Origin: an uncultured Gammaproteobacteria bacterium
GTDB lineage: Bacteria > Pseudomonadota > Gammaproteobacteria > JACCXJ01
Length of the DNA: 64,000 nucleotides
Reading direction: 5' to 3'
Assembly: GCA_963764725.1 (NCBI GenBank)
Contig: CAVXTM010000012.1
Coordinates: 342,213 to 406,212, forward strand
Positions 32,051 through 41,612 of this stretch are shown here, piece by piece (within the stretch, counting starts at the first letter, position 1; each line of letters opens with the position of its first letter). The notes beneath the pieces are model-generated. The model was not told the origin of the DNA, searched no databases, and saw nothing but the letters and a program-made list of their open reading frames with translations. The translations under genes and the position numbers were made by a program.

Positions 32051-35000
32051 TCTCGCAATGCTTGTTCTTGGGCATCGGTAAGAAGCTGCGCTAGCTCATC
32101 GTCACTGAGCGCTTCGGCCTGCTTTCGCAAGATTAACGCCGACAGGCCGGCCACGGTAGGCGACTCGAACAGGGCGCGCAGCGGAATGTCGAGCTCGAAG
32201 GTCTTTTTCACGCGCGAAACGACCTGCGTTGCAAGCAGCGAATGACCGCCGAGATCAAAAAAGTTGTCGTGAATGCCAACCCGGTCGCGCTGCAGCACCT
32301 CCGCCCAGATGGCGGCGAGCGTTTCTTCATTGGCCGTGCGCGCTGCAACGAAAGACTCAATCGATCGCGTGTTGTCCGACGCCGGCAGCGCTTTGCGGTC
32401 AACCTTGCCATTAGCCGTGAGTGGCAGCGAATCAAGAAACACGAAAGCCGAGGGCACTGCAGGCGCAGGTAGTTTAGAGCTCAGGAAGGCTCGAAGTTGG
32501 GAGGTGTTAACCTCGCGTTTGGCGACGACATACGCGGCCAGAAAAATCTCGCCTCGATCGTCCTTGCGCGCCATGACAAAGCACGCTTCCAGCGCTTCGT
32601 GCTGGGCGAGGAGCGCGCCGGCTTCACCCGGTTCGACGCGCACGCCGTTGATCTTGACCTGATCGTCGAGCCGGCCTTCCATCATCAGCGCTCCATCGGG
32701 ACGGTAGCGCCCGCGATCTCCGGTCAAATACAGCAGATCCTGCTCGTCATCGCGAAACGGATTCCTGATGAAACGTTTTTGGTTCTCGTCAAGCGCGTTG
32801 ATATACCCCAGAGTGCGAAACGGAGTTCGGATCGCGATCTCGCCGGGCTCGCCGATTCCGCATCGTTGGTTGCCTGTCCTCATGACCAGCACCTGGGTCT
32901 GCGGGAGCGGACGGCCCACTGGCTGTATGCCCAACGGCTCTTCGTCTATGACCCGGTGGAAACACTTGGCCATCGTCGTCTCCGTCGGACCGTAAAGATT
33001 GACGATGGCGCCGGTGTGCGAGAACGCCCTGCGCCAGCGCTCGATGAGTGTGTCCTGCAGCGGCTCTCCCGAGAAGAAAACCCAGCGCAAATCGGAAAGC
33101 GAGAGATCGTGCGGCACATCCGCGAGCCACGATTGCGCGAGCGCCGGAACGGTGTGCAACACGCTGATTCGCTCACGCACGAGCCACGGCAGAATGTAAC
33201 CCGGCGCCAAACCTTCGGCTTCGTCCGGCAGGTGCAAACTTGCGCCGCTGGTCAACGGCAGGAAAACATCGCGCAGTAACACGTCGAACGACAGCGCTGT
33301 CAGTTGCGCGACCCGATCATCCGGACCGATTGCGAACGTCTCGCGCTGCCACGCGAGAAAATGACTCAAGCTCTTATGCGATCCTAAAATTCCCTTGGGC
33401 ACGCCGGTCGTTCCCGAAGTAAAGAAGATGTAAGCGGGATCGTCTGGCGCCAGCTTTGGTAGACCGCTCGCCCCGCGATCTATAGTGGCAAGCGGATGCA
33501 CTGGAAGCGCACCGCCCGCATCGATCTCGATGATCGTTGCAGCATCCAGCTCGCGGATCCACGCATCTTCGCGTTGGAAATCGCCGATATAAAGAATCTG
33601 TTTGGCGCCCGTTTCGCGCACCAGCAGCCGCTGCCGCTCGGCCGGAAATCGGCGATCGACCGTCAGCATCACCCCGCCGCTCAACAAGACTGCAACCATA
33701 CAGGCGATCAAGCCGAAGCTTTTGGGACCGCTGATCGCGACAACATCCGAGCGTTTTAGTCCATGTGCGCGCATCTCCGATGCGATCGCCTGCGCCGCCT
33801 GCCAAAGCTCACCGTAGCTCAACGCTTTCCCGTCGTGATAAAGCGCAGTCTTGGCGGGGGTACGGTGCGCCCAATCGGCGATGGCGTCGGCCGTCAATCC
33901 ATGGAGCGGCTCATGAATTTGCACCGACGGATCAGGCAGCAGCACGCGCGATGCCGGGTCCACAAGCGAATACGCAAGCAGCGGCCGCGCTGGGTCTGCG
34001 CAAATCTGCTCGAGCAAAGTGCAGTAGTGGCCGATCAGACGGCTTATCGTCTCCGCCGCGAACAAGTTGGTGTTGTACTCGATGACGAGCTTGAATGCCT
34101 CATCGCTCTCGATAAAGGTGAAACTCAAGTCGAATTTGGCGCTATCGCGCTCGAATTCAAAAGGAACGATCTCGAGCCCTGATAAATTCAATTCGCCCCA
34201 GCCTCGGTGATGCAGCACGACCAGCACCTGGAACAGCGGCGGATAGCTCAGGCTGCGTTGGGGCTTCAGTTCTTCGACGAGTTTCTCGAACGGCAGGTCC
34301 TGGTGCGCATACGCTTCGACCGCGCTCGCGCGCACGCGCGCCAGAAGTTCGAGGAAGGTCGGGTCGCCCGAGCAATCGGTGCGCAGAACGAGGGTATTGA
34401 CGAAAAGCCCGATTAGGTTTTCAGTGCTCGTGTGAGTGCGGCCGGCGATCGGCGAACCGACGACGGTGTCGTCGCTGCGCGCATAGCGTGCCAGCAAGAG
34501 CTTCACGACCGAGAGCAGTGCCATGAACAACGTCGCGCCCTTAGCCCGCGCCAGTGCGCGCAAGTCTGAGATCAAACGCTTCGGCAGCAGCCTGGTTCGG
34601 CGCGCGCCATTGAAGGTTTGAGCTGCAGGGCGCGGATAGTCGGTCGGTAATTCGAGAAGCGGCGGCGCACCGGCCAAGTAATTCTTCCAATGGGTGACCT
34701 GCTGGTCCAGCACTTCGCCTCTTAACCGCTCCCGCTCCGAGATCGCGTAATGCGCGTACTGCATCGGAAGCTCCGCGAGTGGAGATGGTGCACCTTCGGC
34801 ATAGGCTTGGTATAGCGCGCCCAGCTCGCGATAAAGGATGCTCATCGACCAGCCGTCGGAGACGATATGATGAAGGTTGACGATCAGCACGTGGTGGCCG
34901 GGAGCGAGGCGCAGCAGGCTCGCGCGCAGCAAGGGCGCGCGCGCCAGATCGAACGCGCTGCCTGCTTCCTCGGTTGCCAGACGCATGGCCTCGATTTCAC

Positions 35001-35406
35001 GCGTGGCCGGCGCGAAATGCGTCAGGTCGATGATGGGTAGCGCAAAGGGGACGCTGTCATGAATGGTCTGAACGGGCTCGTCATCAACTGCGGCGAAGCT
35101 GGCACGCAGCACGTCATGGCGCCGCAGGATTTCCACGAAGCATCGTTCCAGAGCGCCCGCATCGAGCGCCCCTTTCACGCTGAAGGCGTCGGGTATGTTG
35201 TAAAACGGACTGCCGGGCTCCAACTGGTGGAGGAACCACATGCGCTGCTGCGCGAAGGACAAGCAGTTCGGATCCCTCTCAGCTTTTTCCGAGACGATGG
35301 GCGTTTTTGCTGTTCTAATTCCTGCGCGCAGCCAGCGATCGAGCAGCGTCTGCTTGATCGACGTGAGCTCGGTGCGCTGCACCGGAAGATTCTCTCGTTC
35401 GGACAC
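32047..35406 (-). CDS. NRPS elongation module C-A-T with an atypical A-domain code
   Basis: C (HHIVSDGWS); A (FTSGTTGVPKG; code read DVRHFSLMAK); T (GGHSLL); acidic C-terminal helix. Confidence 0.92.
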   Translation of the reverse strand: MSERENLPVQRTELTSIKQTLLDRWLRAGIRTAKTPIVSEKAERDPNCLSFAQQRMWFLHQLEPGSPFYNIPDAFSVKGALDAGALERCFVEILRRHDVLRASFAAVDDEPVQTIHDSVPFALPIIDLTHFAPATREIEAMRLATEEAGSAFDLARAPLLRASLLRLAPGHHVLIVNLHHIVSDGWSMSILYRELGALYQAYAEGAPSPLAELPMQYAHYAISERERLRGEVLDQQVTHWKNYLAGAPPLLELPTDYPRPAAQTFNGARRTRLLPKRLISDLRALARAKGATLFMALLSVVKLLLARYARSDDTVVGSPIAGRTHTSTENLIGLFVNTLVLRTDCSGDPTFLELLARVRASAVEAYAHQDLPFEKLVEELKPQRSLSYPPLFQVLVVLHHRGWGELNLSGLEIVPFEFERDSAKFDLSFTFIESDEAFKLVIEYNTNLFAAETISRLIGHYCTLLEQICADPARPLLAYSLVDPASRVLLPDPSVQIHEPLHGLTADAIADWAHRTPAKTALYHDGKALSYGELWQAAQAIASEMRAHGLKRSDVVAISGPKSFGLIACMVAVLLSGGVMLTVDRRFPAERQRLLVRETGAKQILYIGDFQREDAWIRELDAATIIEIDAGGALPVHPLATIDRGASGLPKLAPDDPAYIFFTSGTTGVPKGILGSHKSLSHFLAWQRETFAIGPDDRVAQLTALSFDVLLRDVFLPLTSGASLHLPDEAEGLAPGYILPWLVRERISVLHTVPALAQSWLADVPHDLSLSDLRWVFFSGEPLQDTLIERWRRAFSHTGAIVNLYGPTETTMAKCFHRVIDEEPLGIQPVGRPLPQTQVLVMRTGNQRCGIGEPGEIAIRTPFRTLGYINALDENQKRFIRNPFRDDEQDLLYLTGDRGRYRPDGALMMEGRLDDQVKINGVRVEPGEAGALLAQHEALEACFVMARKDDRGEIFLAAYVVAKREVNTSQLRAFLSSKLPAPAVPSAFVFLDSLPLTANGKVDRKALPASDNTRSIESFVAARTANEETLAAIWAEVLQRDRVGIHDNFFDLGGHSLLATQVVSRVKKTFELDIPLRALFESPTVAGLSALILRKQAEALSDDELAQLLTDAQEQALRE

Positions 35407-35408
35407 TT

Positions 35409-37574
35409 TCAGGCTTCCTTTTGCATGCTGTTCATCAGCGTTGTTGATCCGCGCTTTGCGCCCGCGTCGACATCGTTTTGCAGCAGAGACTCCGCCTCAC
35501 GCTCGGATAGTCCCTGGAGTTTTTCGATCAGCGTTTCTTCGATGACTTCGGCAAGCTTGGCAATCGTCGAACATTCGAGAAGAATGCGGCCTAGCGGTAT
35601 TTCGACCGGGAAAGCATCGCGCAGCCGACCCCAAATCTGCATGGCTTTCAGCGAATCGCCGCCGCGATCCAAGAAGTCGTCGTGAATTCCGATCTGCCTC
35701 ACATCCAGTGCCTGTTCCCAAATTTCGGCCAGCCAAGACTCCAGTTCGGTGCGCGGCGCAACGCGGGCCGCGCTGGCCTCGCGCGCCGCAATAGTTTTCA
35801 AGATCTCGTTGAAATCACCAGCGGCGAGCCCGGTCTTTAGTTGCGTGCGCTGGATTTTGCCGCTGGTTGTCTTGGGAAATGCCGCTTTTGCGATTGGAAC
35901 AAAGTAGCGTGGGTTCACACCCAGCTCGCGAGCGACGTTGGCGCGGATGTTCTTGATCACTTCAAGCTGCCGCTCGATGCCTTCGTGCCGGCACGAGAAA
36001 AAAATCGCCAGCTCTTCGGTGCCGGCGCGAGCATCCGCGATGCCGCAAGCAGCGGCATAGGTAGATACAACGCCTTCGGTCCGATTGACGATATCTTCGA
36101 TCTCGTGACTGTAATAATTGACGCCGTAGAGAACGATCATCTCCTTTTCTCTGCCGGTGATGGTCAGGCGGTGATCGAGGATGAAACCGAGATCGCCGGT
36201 GTTGAACCAGCCGTCGCCAACGAACGCCTCCTGATTGGCAGCAGCATTGTTCAAATAGCCGGGCGTTACGATATCGCCTTCGATCTGCAAACGGCCGATG
36301 ACGGCTTCGGGCAGCACGCGGCCGTGCTTATCGACGATTCGAATCCGTACGCCCGGAATCGGCGGTCCGAGATCGATGAAATCGATCGCGTTCTGGTCGC
36401 CGTCGCTGGCCCTGACCAGCTTGCCGCCGAGCGACGATTTCCTGAAACGATGAACGCCGGTTACGAAATCGAAATGGTTCTGGTACGTTATGCAGGTGGC
36501 GACTTCGGCCATGCCGAAGGCCGGCTGCATGACGCGCGGCGGAACGTTAAAGCAGGCAAGCGACCGCAACAACGCGTGCACGACCAACAGCGTGACCTGC
36601 TCGCCCGCGTTCATGAAATACTTGAGTGACGAAAGCCGCCAGGTCCTGTTTCCGGATCTTGCCAATGCGTCGCTGAGTAGTTTGTAGCCGAAATTCGGCG
36701 ACCACGAATGCGTGACCCGATGCCGGTCGATCAAATCGAGCCAGGTCAGCGGATCCTCGAGGATCGAAGCCGGCGGAGCCTGGATCTGCTGAATGCCGAG
36801 GTAGACATCCTTGACGTGAAAGGTCAGCAAAGGGACGACGTGGTCCATGGCAAGCCAGTTGAGCGTAACGTCGTCCGGCCCATACCCATTGAACTGCCGT
36901 GAGGCTTGGATATGAGAAATGACAGCGCGATGCGTTTCCTTAATGCATTTCGGCATCGCGGTGCTGCCCGAGCTCAACTGTAAAAATGCTGTATCGTCGG
37001 GGCTTACCGGCGCTGTCGATTGCACAGGCGGATGAGCGCGCAGCGCGGAGACGGACAGCAGCTTCGGCCGGTCGGCCTGCGCGACACCCGCAATCCGAGA
37101 CAGCGGCGCCATCAGGCTTTCGCTGGCAATGATGGACGGACGACCTAGCGATTTCCAGGCGTTCAGCATTTTCAGGACGACGCTGTTTTCCACGTCGTAC
37201 GTGGGAGCAACCGCGACGCTGACCGGCGTGATCCCTCCCAGGATGCACGCCCAGAAGGCGGGGAAAAAATCCTGCAGCGATTCTATCTGCAGAATCGCCC
37301 GGTCTTTGGCTACCAAGCCCTCACTGTACAAACCGCTGAGTAAGCGTCTTGCATCTTGCAGAAGCGCCGGATAGCTCTGGAACACTTCAGACCCATTGAA
37401 TTGAACGTGCACGATGCCTTTAGCCGGCTCGTTCGCGCTCGTCCTGAGCAGGGCTTCGGAAAGCGTTTTAGGCATGCCGTCTTCCGAAACTAATGGGCCG
37501 CCGTCGCTGAAGGCGGCGGGCTCATCCGGTACCACTCCGAACTCTTCAACCACTCGCATTGTTCTTCCGGCCAT
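35409..37574 (-). CDS. Fatty acyl-AMP ligase-like adenylation enzyme fused to ACP
   Basis: FLQLSSGSTAMPK, WSPNFGY, PAFGMAE followed by an insertion, TGDLGF, PKTTSGKIQR, ACP GGDSL. Confidence 0.8.
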   Translation of the reverse strand: MAGRTMRVVEEFGVVPDEPAAFSDGGPLVSEDGMPKTLSEALLRTSANEPAKGIVHVQFNGSEVFQSYPALLQDARRLLSGLYSEGLVAKDRAILQIESLQDFFPAFWACILGGITPVSVAVAPTYDVENSVVLKMLNAWKSLGRPSIIASESLMAPLSRIAGVAQADRPKLLSVSALRAHPPVQSTAPVSPDDTAFLQLSSGSTAMPKCIKETHRAVISHIQASRQFNGYGPDDVTLNWLAMDHVVPLLTFHVKDVYLGIQQIQAPPASILEDPLTWLDLIDRHRVTHSWSPNFGYKLLSDALARSGNRTWRLSSLKYFMNAGEQVTLLVVHALLRSLACFNVPPRVMQPAFGMAEVATCITYQNHFDFVTGVHRFRKSSLGGKLVRASDGDQNAIDFIDLGPPIPGVRIRIVDKHGRVLPEAVIGRLQIEGDIVTPGYLNNAAANQEAFVGDGWFNTGDLGFILDHRLTITGREKEMIVLYGVNYYSHEIEDIVNRTEGVVSTYAAACGIADARAGTEELAIFFSCRHEGIERQLEVIKNIRANVARELGVNPRYFVPIAKAAFPKTTSGKIQRTQLKTGLAAGDFNEILKTIAAREASAARVAPRTELESWLAEIWEQALDVRQIGIHDDFLDRGGDSLKAMQIWGRLRDAFPVEIPLGRILLECSTIAKLAEVIEETLIEKLQGLSEREAESLLQNDVDAGAKRGSTTLMNSMQKEA

Positions 37575-37764
37575 TCATGATCGCTTGCCTGCGATCTGGA
37601 AACGACGGTCCGAATGATGCTCCGGACGGATTCGGCATTTCGCCTCGCAAATGCCGAGAGAACGCCTGCTTGGCGCCGCGACGCGCTCCAACCATTTACC
37701 GCCGGTTCTCAATTCCAAGCGGTAGGTCGCATTTTCGATTCTCATATTCACTCGCAAATTGCAT

Positions 37765-39483
37765 TCATCTCGGATACGGCGAATCGGGATTCACGCGGAC
37801 GTTGATGCACGCCGCCAGGCCCGATGCCGCGGCACGCGCTAGTGCGGGTTTGATCTGTTCCGCCCGATCGACGTATTCGCCGTGCCCGCCAAAAGCCCGC
37901 ATCATCTGGTCGTAATGAATGTCCGGCGCGAACATGGTGACGCGATCGGGATAATCTTCCGCATAGAACATTTTTTCGTTGGCCGTGCCCCCGTTGCCGT
38001 CGTTATTCGCCACCACGATAATCACTGGAACGCGCAGTCTGACCGCGGTCTCCATTTCCATCGCGCTGAGACCAAAAGCAAAGTCGCCGCAGATCGCGAT
38101 TACCATGCGCGTCGGCAAAGCCAGTTTGGCAGCGATTCCGAATGGGACGCCGACACCCATGCAGCCGTTATTGCCCGCTGTTAATCGCGAAACCGGAAGA
38201 TAGCTCGGCAAGAGATGCTGCGCCGCGGCCAGTATGATGTTCCCATCAATGACGCAGATCGCATCACGCGGAATGAAATCGCGGATTTCGGCGATCAAAC
38301 GAAGCGGTGAAATCGGGCCACCCTGTTTCGCCAGCGTTTCCCATTTGGCAGCGCTTTCATCGCGTTTCTGATCGAGAGGCACACGCCAGGAAAGATGAGG
38401 CGCAGCCGCCTCGCGTGTGTTCCGCACGCGATCGATTTCCTTCACCAAGCGCCGCAACACCTGCTTGATGTCACCGACGATGGCGACTTCCGGCGTAACG
38501 TTGGCCCCGATCTCGTTTTCGTGAATCGCGATCTGAACCAGTTTTGCATCGCGCGCGATTTCGGCGCCGAAGCGGAAGGTCCAGTCGAGTCTTGCACCGA
38601 TGAGCAAAACGGCATTCGCCGCGGAAAGCAGATACGATCGTGCATTGCTATAACATCGCGGATGATCGTCAGGCACGTAGCCCCGTCCCATAGGCGAAGC
38701 CGCGAACGGGGCATCCAGATAATCCACCAACTGATTAAGCTCGGCATACGGCTCGGACCAGCGAATCGCTTCACCGATAACGATTGCCGGGCGCGTCGCT
38801 TGCGCCAGCAGCTCAGCCGCGCGGCGGATCGCATCTTCATCGAACTGGCGCGCCATCGGCGTAAGACGCTGGGGTCGGCACAGCGCTATGTCCTTCTGAT
38901 TCAGAATTTCCTCCACCAAATCCAAATATACCGGTCCTGGCCGACCGCCTGTGGCGACTTCAACTGCGTTTTCAAGGGCCGGGCAGATGGCGCCGGCGGA
39001 TTTCACCGTTCCGCAAAACTTGGTGATCGATTGAAAAATCGGGATCGCATCGAGGTACTGGAAGCCCCCCATTGCATGCATGACCTCTGCGCGCCTGGCA
39101 CCCAACGCGACCAGCGGCCAACCGTTGTCGCGTGCAACCAGGATCGCGGTCGTAAGATTGGTGATTGCCGGGCCGCTCGAAACGAGCGCCACTGCGCTCA
39201 CCCGGCCTTCGATATAGTTCTGTGCGGCTGCCATCAGACCTGCTGCCTGTTGGTGCCGCACGCCGATCACCCGAATGCCGTTTTTGGCACACGCGGAGAG
39301 TGTTTCGTGAATCGGGATGCCGGCGACGCCATAAACATGGTTGATGCCGAGTTCTTGCAGGCTGAACGCGATCAAGGCATGGCCATCGGCCTCCCGGCCT
39401 TGCAATGTTTGCACGCGCTTACCGGGCCCGGCGGCGCTCATCCGATTGTCTCCGCCATTATCTGTCGCCCTCGCGCGTTTCAT
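37765..39483 (-). CDS. ThDP-dependent enzyme of the oxalyl-CoA decarboxylase / 2-hydroxyacyl-CoA lyase family
   Basis: YGVAGIPI, GRPGPVYLDL, PMGRGYVPDDHP, RLTAGNNGCMGVG, GDFAFGLSAMEMET...NN (OXC-like GDSAFGFSGME). Canonical RHEQ reads RHQQ. Confidence 0.85.
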   Translation of the reverse strand: MKRARATDNGGDNRMSAAGPGKRVQTLQGREADGHALIAFSLQELGINHVYGVAGIPIHETLSACAKNGIRVIGVRHQQAAGLMAAAQNYIEGRVSAVALVSSGPAITNLTTAILVARDNGWPLVALGARRAEVMHAMGGFQYLDAIPIFQSITKFCGTVKSAGAICPALENAVEVATGGRPGPVYLDLVEEILNQKDIALCRPQRLTPMARQFDEDAIRRAAELLAQATRPAIVIGEAIRWSEPYAELNQLVDYLDAPFAASPMGRGYVPDDHPRCYSNARSYLLSAANAVLLIGARLDWTFRFGAEIARDAKLVQIAIHENEIGANVTPEVAIVGDIKQVLRRLVKEIDRVRNTREAAAPHLSWRVPLDQKRDESAAKWETLAKQGGPISPLRLIAEIRDFIPRDAICVIDGNIILAAAQHLLPSYLPVSRLTAGNNGCMGVGVPFGIAAKLALPTRMVIAICGDFAFGLSAMEMETAVRLRVPVIIVVANNDGNGGTANEKMFYAEDYPDRVTMFAPDIHYDQMMRAFGGHGEYVDRAEQIKPALARAAASGLAACINVRVNPDSPYPR

Positions 39484-41377
39484 CCGCGAGCAGTTGCTCG
39501 ATCTCGGCGTCGCTGAGATTTTCCAGCCCAGCCGGAATTTCCTCGGCGTTGCCGATCAATCCGCCGATCTCGCCGGCGAGCTCGGCGACCGTCGGTTTCC
39601 GAAACACGGCGACGTTGGGCAGATCGACACCGAAGACTGCGAAAACGCGCACCATGACTTGCGTGGCTCGCAGCGAATCGCCGCCCAAAGCGAAAAAGTT
39701 GTCATCGATTCCGAAGCCGTCGATCTTCAGGACTTCGGCAAAAACCTTTGCCACGGCGTGTTCTATTTCATTTCTCGGCGCAACCGGTGCTGGCTGTAGA
39801 AATTCGCCCAGTTTGTCGGCGAGGCCAATGCGTTGCAATTTTCCGGTCGGGCCTTTCGGAATCGCAGGCACGATGACGACTTGACTGGGGATCTTGAAGT
39901 CGGTTAGGCGCTCGAACAAGAATTCGCGGATAGCATTCGGCTCCATCGAATTTTTCTCCTTCAGCACCACGGCCGCGGCGATATCCTCGCCGAGGGTCGG
40001 GTGCGGCAGCGCGAAGGCGACCGCCTGCGCCACCGCTGGATGTTCGAGCAACGCTTCATCGACTTCGCGCGGAGAAATTTTTTCGCCCCCGCGATTGATG
40101 ATTTCCTTCAGCCGTCCGGTTAGGAACAGATAGCCGGCGGCGTCGAGATAGCCCTGATCACCGGTGCGAAACCACCCATTGCTGAAGCTCGCGCGATTGG
40201 CGGGCGCGTTATTTTCGTAACCCGGTGTCACGTTGGCGCCGCGAATCACGACCTCACCGCTTTGCTCTTGCGGGAGCTGCGCTCCCGCAGCGTCCATGAT
40301 TGCGATTTCCGGACCTGCTGCGACACCGACCGAGCGCGGCTTACGCTGCGCTGGAGGCAAGGGATTGCTCGCCATCTGATGCGCGGCTTCGGTCATACCG
40401 TAGGATTCGATGACCGGCACCCCGAAAAGCCGTTCGAGCTCCGTCATCACCGGTGCTGGCAGCGCAGCTGACGACGAACGGATGAAGCGCAGACGATGAT
40501 CCGCGATGACGTCGGCGTGTTCTTTGGCGCGCGCCAGGACCGCCTGATGGATGGTCGGCACCGCCGTATACCAGCTTGGGCTAAATTCGGACATCCACTC
40601 GAAAAATCCCCAGTCATAAAAATCGGGCGCACACACAACGCGTGCGCCGGCCGCGAGCGACGACAGCAAAGCCGCAACGAGCCCGTGAATGTGAAACAAG
40701 GGCATCACGTTCAGGCAGCAATCGTCCGGGGAAAGCCGCAGCGTGCGGCTAATGTTGAACGCCGATGCGCAGAGATTCTTGTGCAGCAGGGGTACGAGCT
40801 TAGGCCGCGAGGTCGTGCCCGAGGTGTGCAGCAGCAAAGCGACATCCTCGCCTTGCGCTGGCCTCGAATCGACGGCTTGTCCCGCACGACCATGCAATGA
40901 GAAAACCCCGGCCCGAGCGTCGCCCGTGGGCGCGAGTTCGATCACCTCAATCCCCCGCGAGCGCGCCACGGCGCATGCCGCAGAATCACTGCCGGCCTCG
41001 ACGATCAGTGCTTTGACCCCCAAGTCGGACAGGTAAAAATCGAATTCCTCGACGCGGTAGTGGGGATTCAGAGGCGCGCAGACCGCGCCGCCGGCAACGG
41101 CGAGAAATGCCACCGCCATCTCGGGCCCGTTCGGCAGCACGAGCGCGATGCGATCGCCGTGGCCCAGACCGCACTCCCTCAAAGCAGCTTGCGCACAACC
41201 AATATGAGCCGCCAAGGCTCGGTAGCTAAGCCACGTCCTCTCCGGCGCCGCCAGTGCTGGTCTACCGGGAAATTTTGTCGCGAGGCTGTGCAGCAACTCG
41301 GGCAGTGTTACCGCCAATCCGTGGGTTGATGTGTTATTCACACATTTCTCTCCTCTCTTTGACACCACCGTGCCCAC
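39458..41377 (-). CDS. Oxalate-CoA-ligase-like (AAE3/Pcs60-type) adenylation enzyme fused to a C-terminal carrier domain
   Basis: LHTSGTTSRPKLVPL, PLFHIHGL, WYTAVPTIHQ, RFIRSSSAAL, ESYGMTEAAHQMASNPLPP, INRGGEKISPREVD, PKGPTGKLQR; then T domain FFALGGDSLRA. Confidence 0.8.
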   Translation of the reverse strand: MGTVVSKRGEKCVNNTSTHGLAVTLPELLHSLATKFPGRPALAAPERTWLSYRALAAHIGCAQAALRECGLGHGDRIALVLPNGPEMAVAFLAVAGGAVCAPLNPHYRVEEFDFYLSDLGVKALIVEAGSDSAACAVARSRGIEVIELAPTGDARAGVFSLHGRAGQAVDSRPAQGEDVALLLHTSGTTSRPKLVPLLHKNLCASAFNISRTLRLSPDDCCLNVMPLFHIHGLVAALLSSLAAGARVVCAPDFYDWGFFEWMSEFSPSWYTAVPTIHQAVLARAKEHADVIADHRLRFIRSSSAALPAPVMTELERLFGVPVIESYGMTEAAHQMASNPLPPAQRKPRSVGVAAGPEIAIMDAAGAQLPQEQSGEVVIRGANVTPGYENNAPANRASFSNGWFRTGDQGYLDAAGYLFLTGRLKEIINRGGEKISPREVDEALLEHPAVAQAVAFALPHPTLGEDIAAAVVLKEKNSMEPNAIREFLFERLTDFKIPSQVVIVPAIPKGPTGKLQRIGLADKLGEFLQPAPVAPRNEIEHAVAKVFAEVLKIDGFGIDDNFFALGGDSLRATQVMVRVFAVFGVDLPNVAVFRKPTVAELAGEIGGLIGNAEEIPAGLENLSDAEIEQLLADETREGDR

Positions 41378-41612
41378 CTTCGTCCTAATCCGAAGCTTCT
41401 GTACCCGTCTGCCGTTAACGTGGCGTGGTCAACGCTTTTCGGCCGCGTTCCGGTTATGACGGGAAAAGGCCGAAGCTCTGCGTAATACTACACTACTAAA
41501 CGACCAAGCAGGTGGCATGAACCGAACGTTTCAGACAACCCATTGATTCAATGGGAAAAACAGGGGTGATCAAACCCTCAAATTGAGGAAACGTATCAGT
41601 CGGTCCGATGCC

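Noticed and set aside
7203-35406. Calling the cluster a sulfazecin-like monobactam BGC
   Set aside because: A sulfotransferase and Cys-TE are present, but terminal A domains read Ser/Thr, no diaminopropionate-synthesis genes are seen, and the ST is on the starter module; kept only as an analogy.
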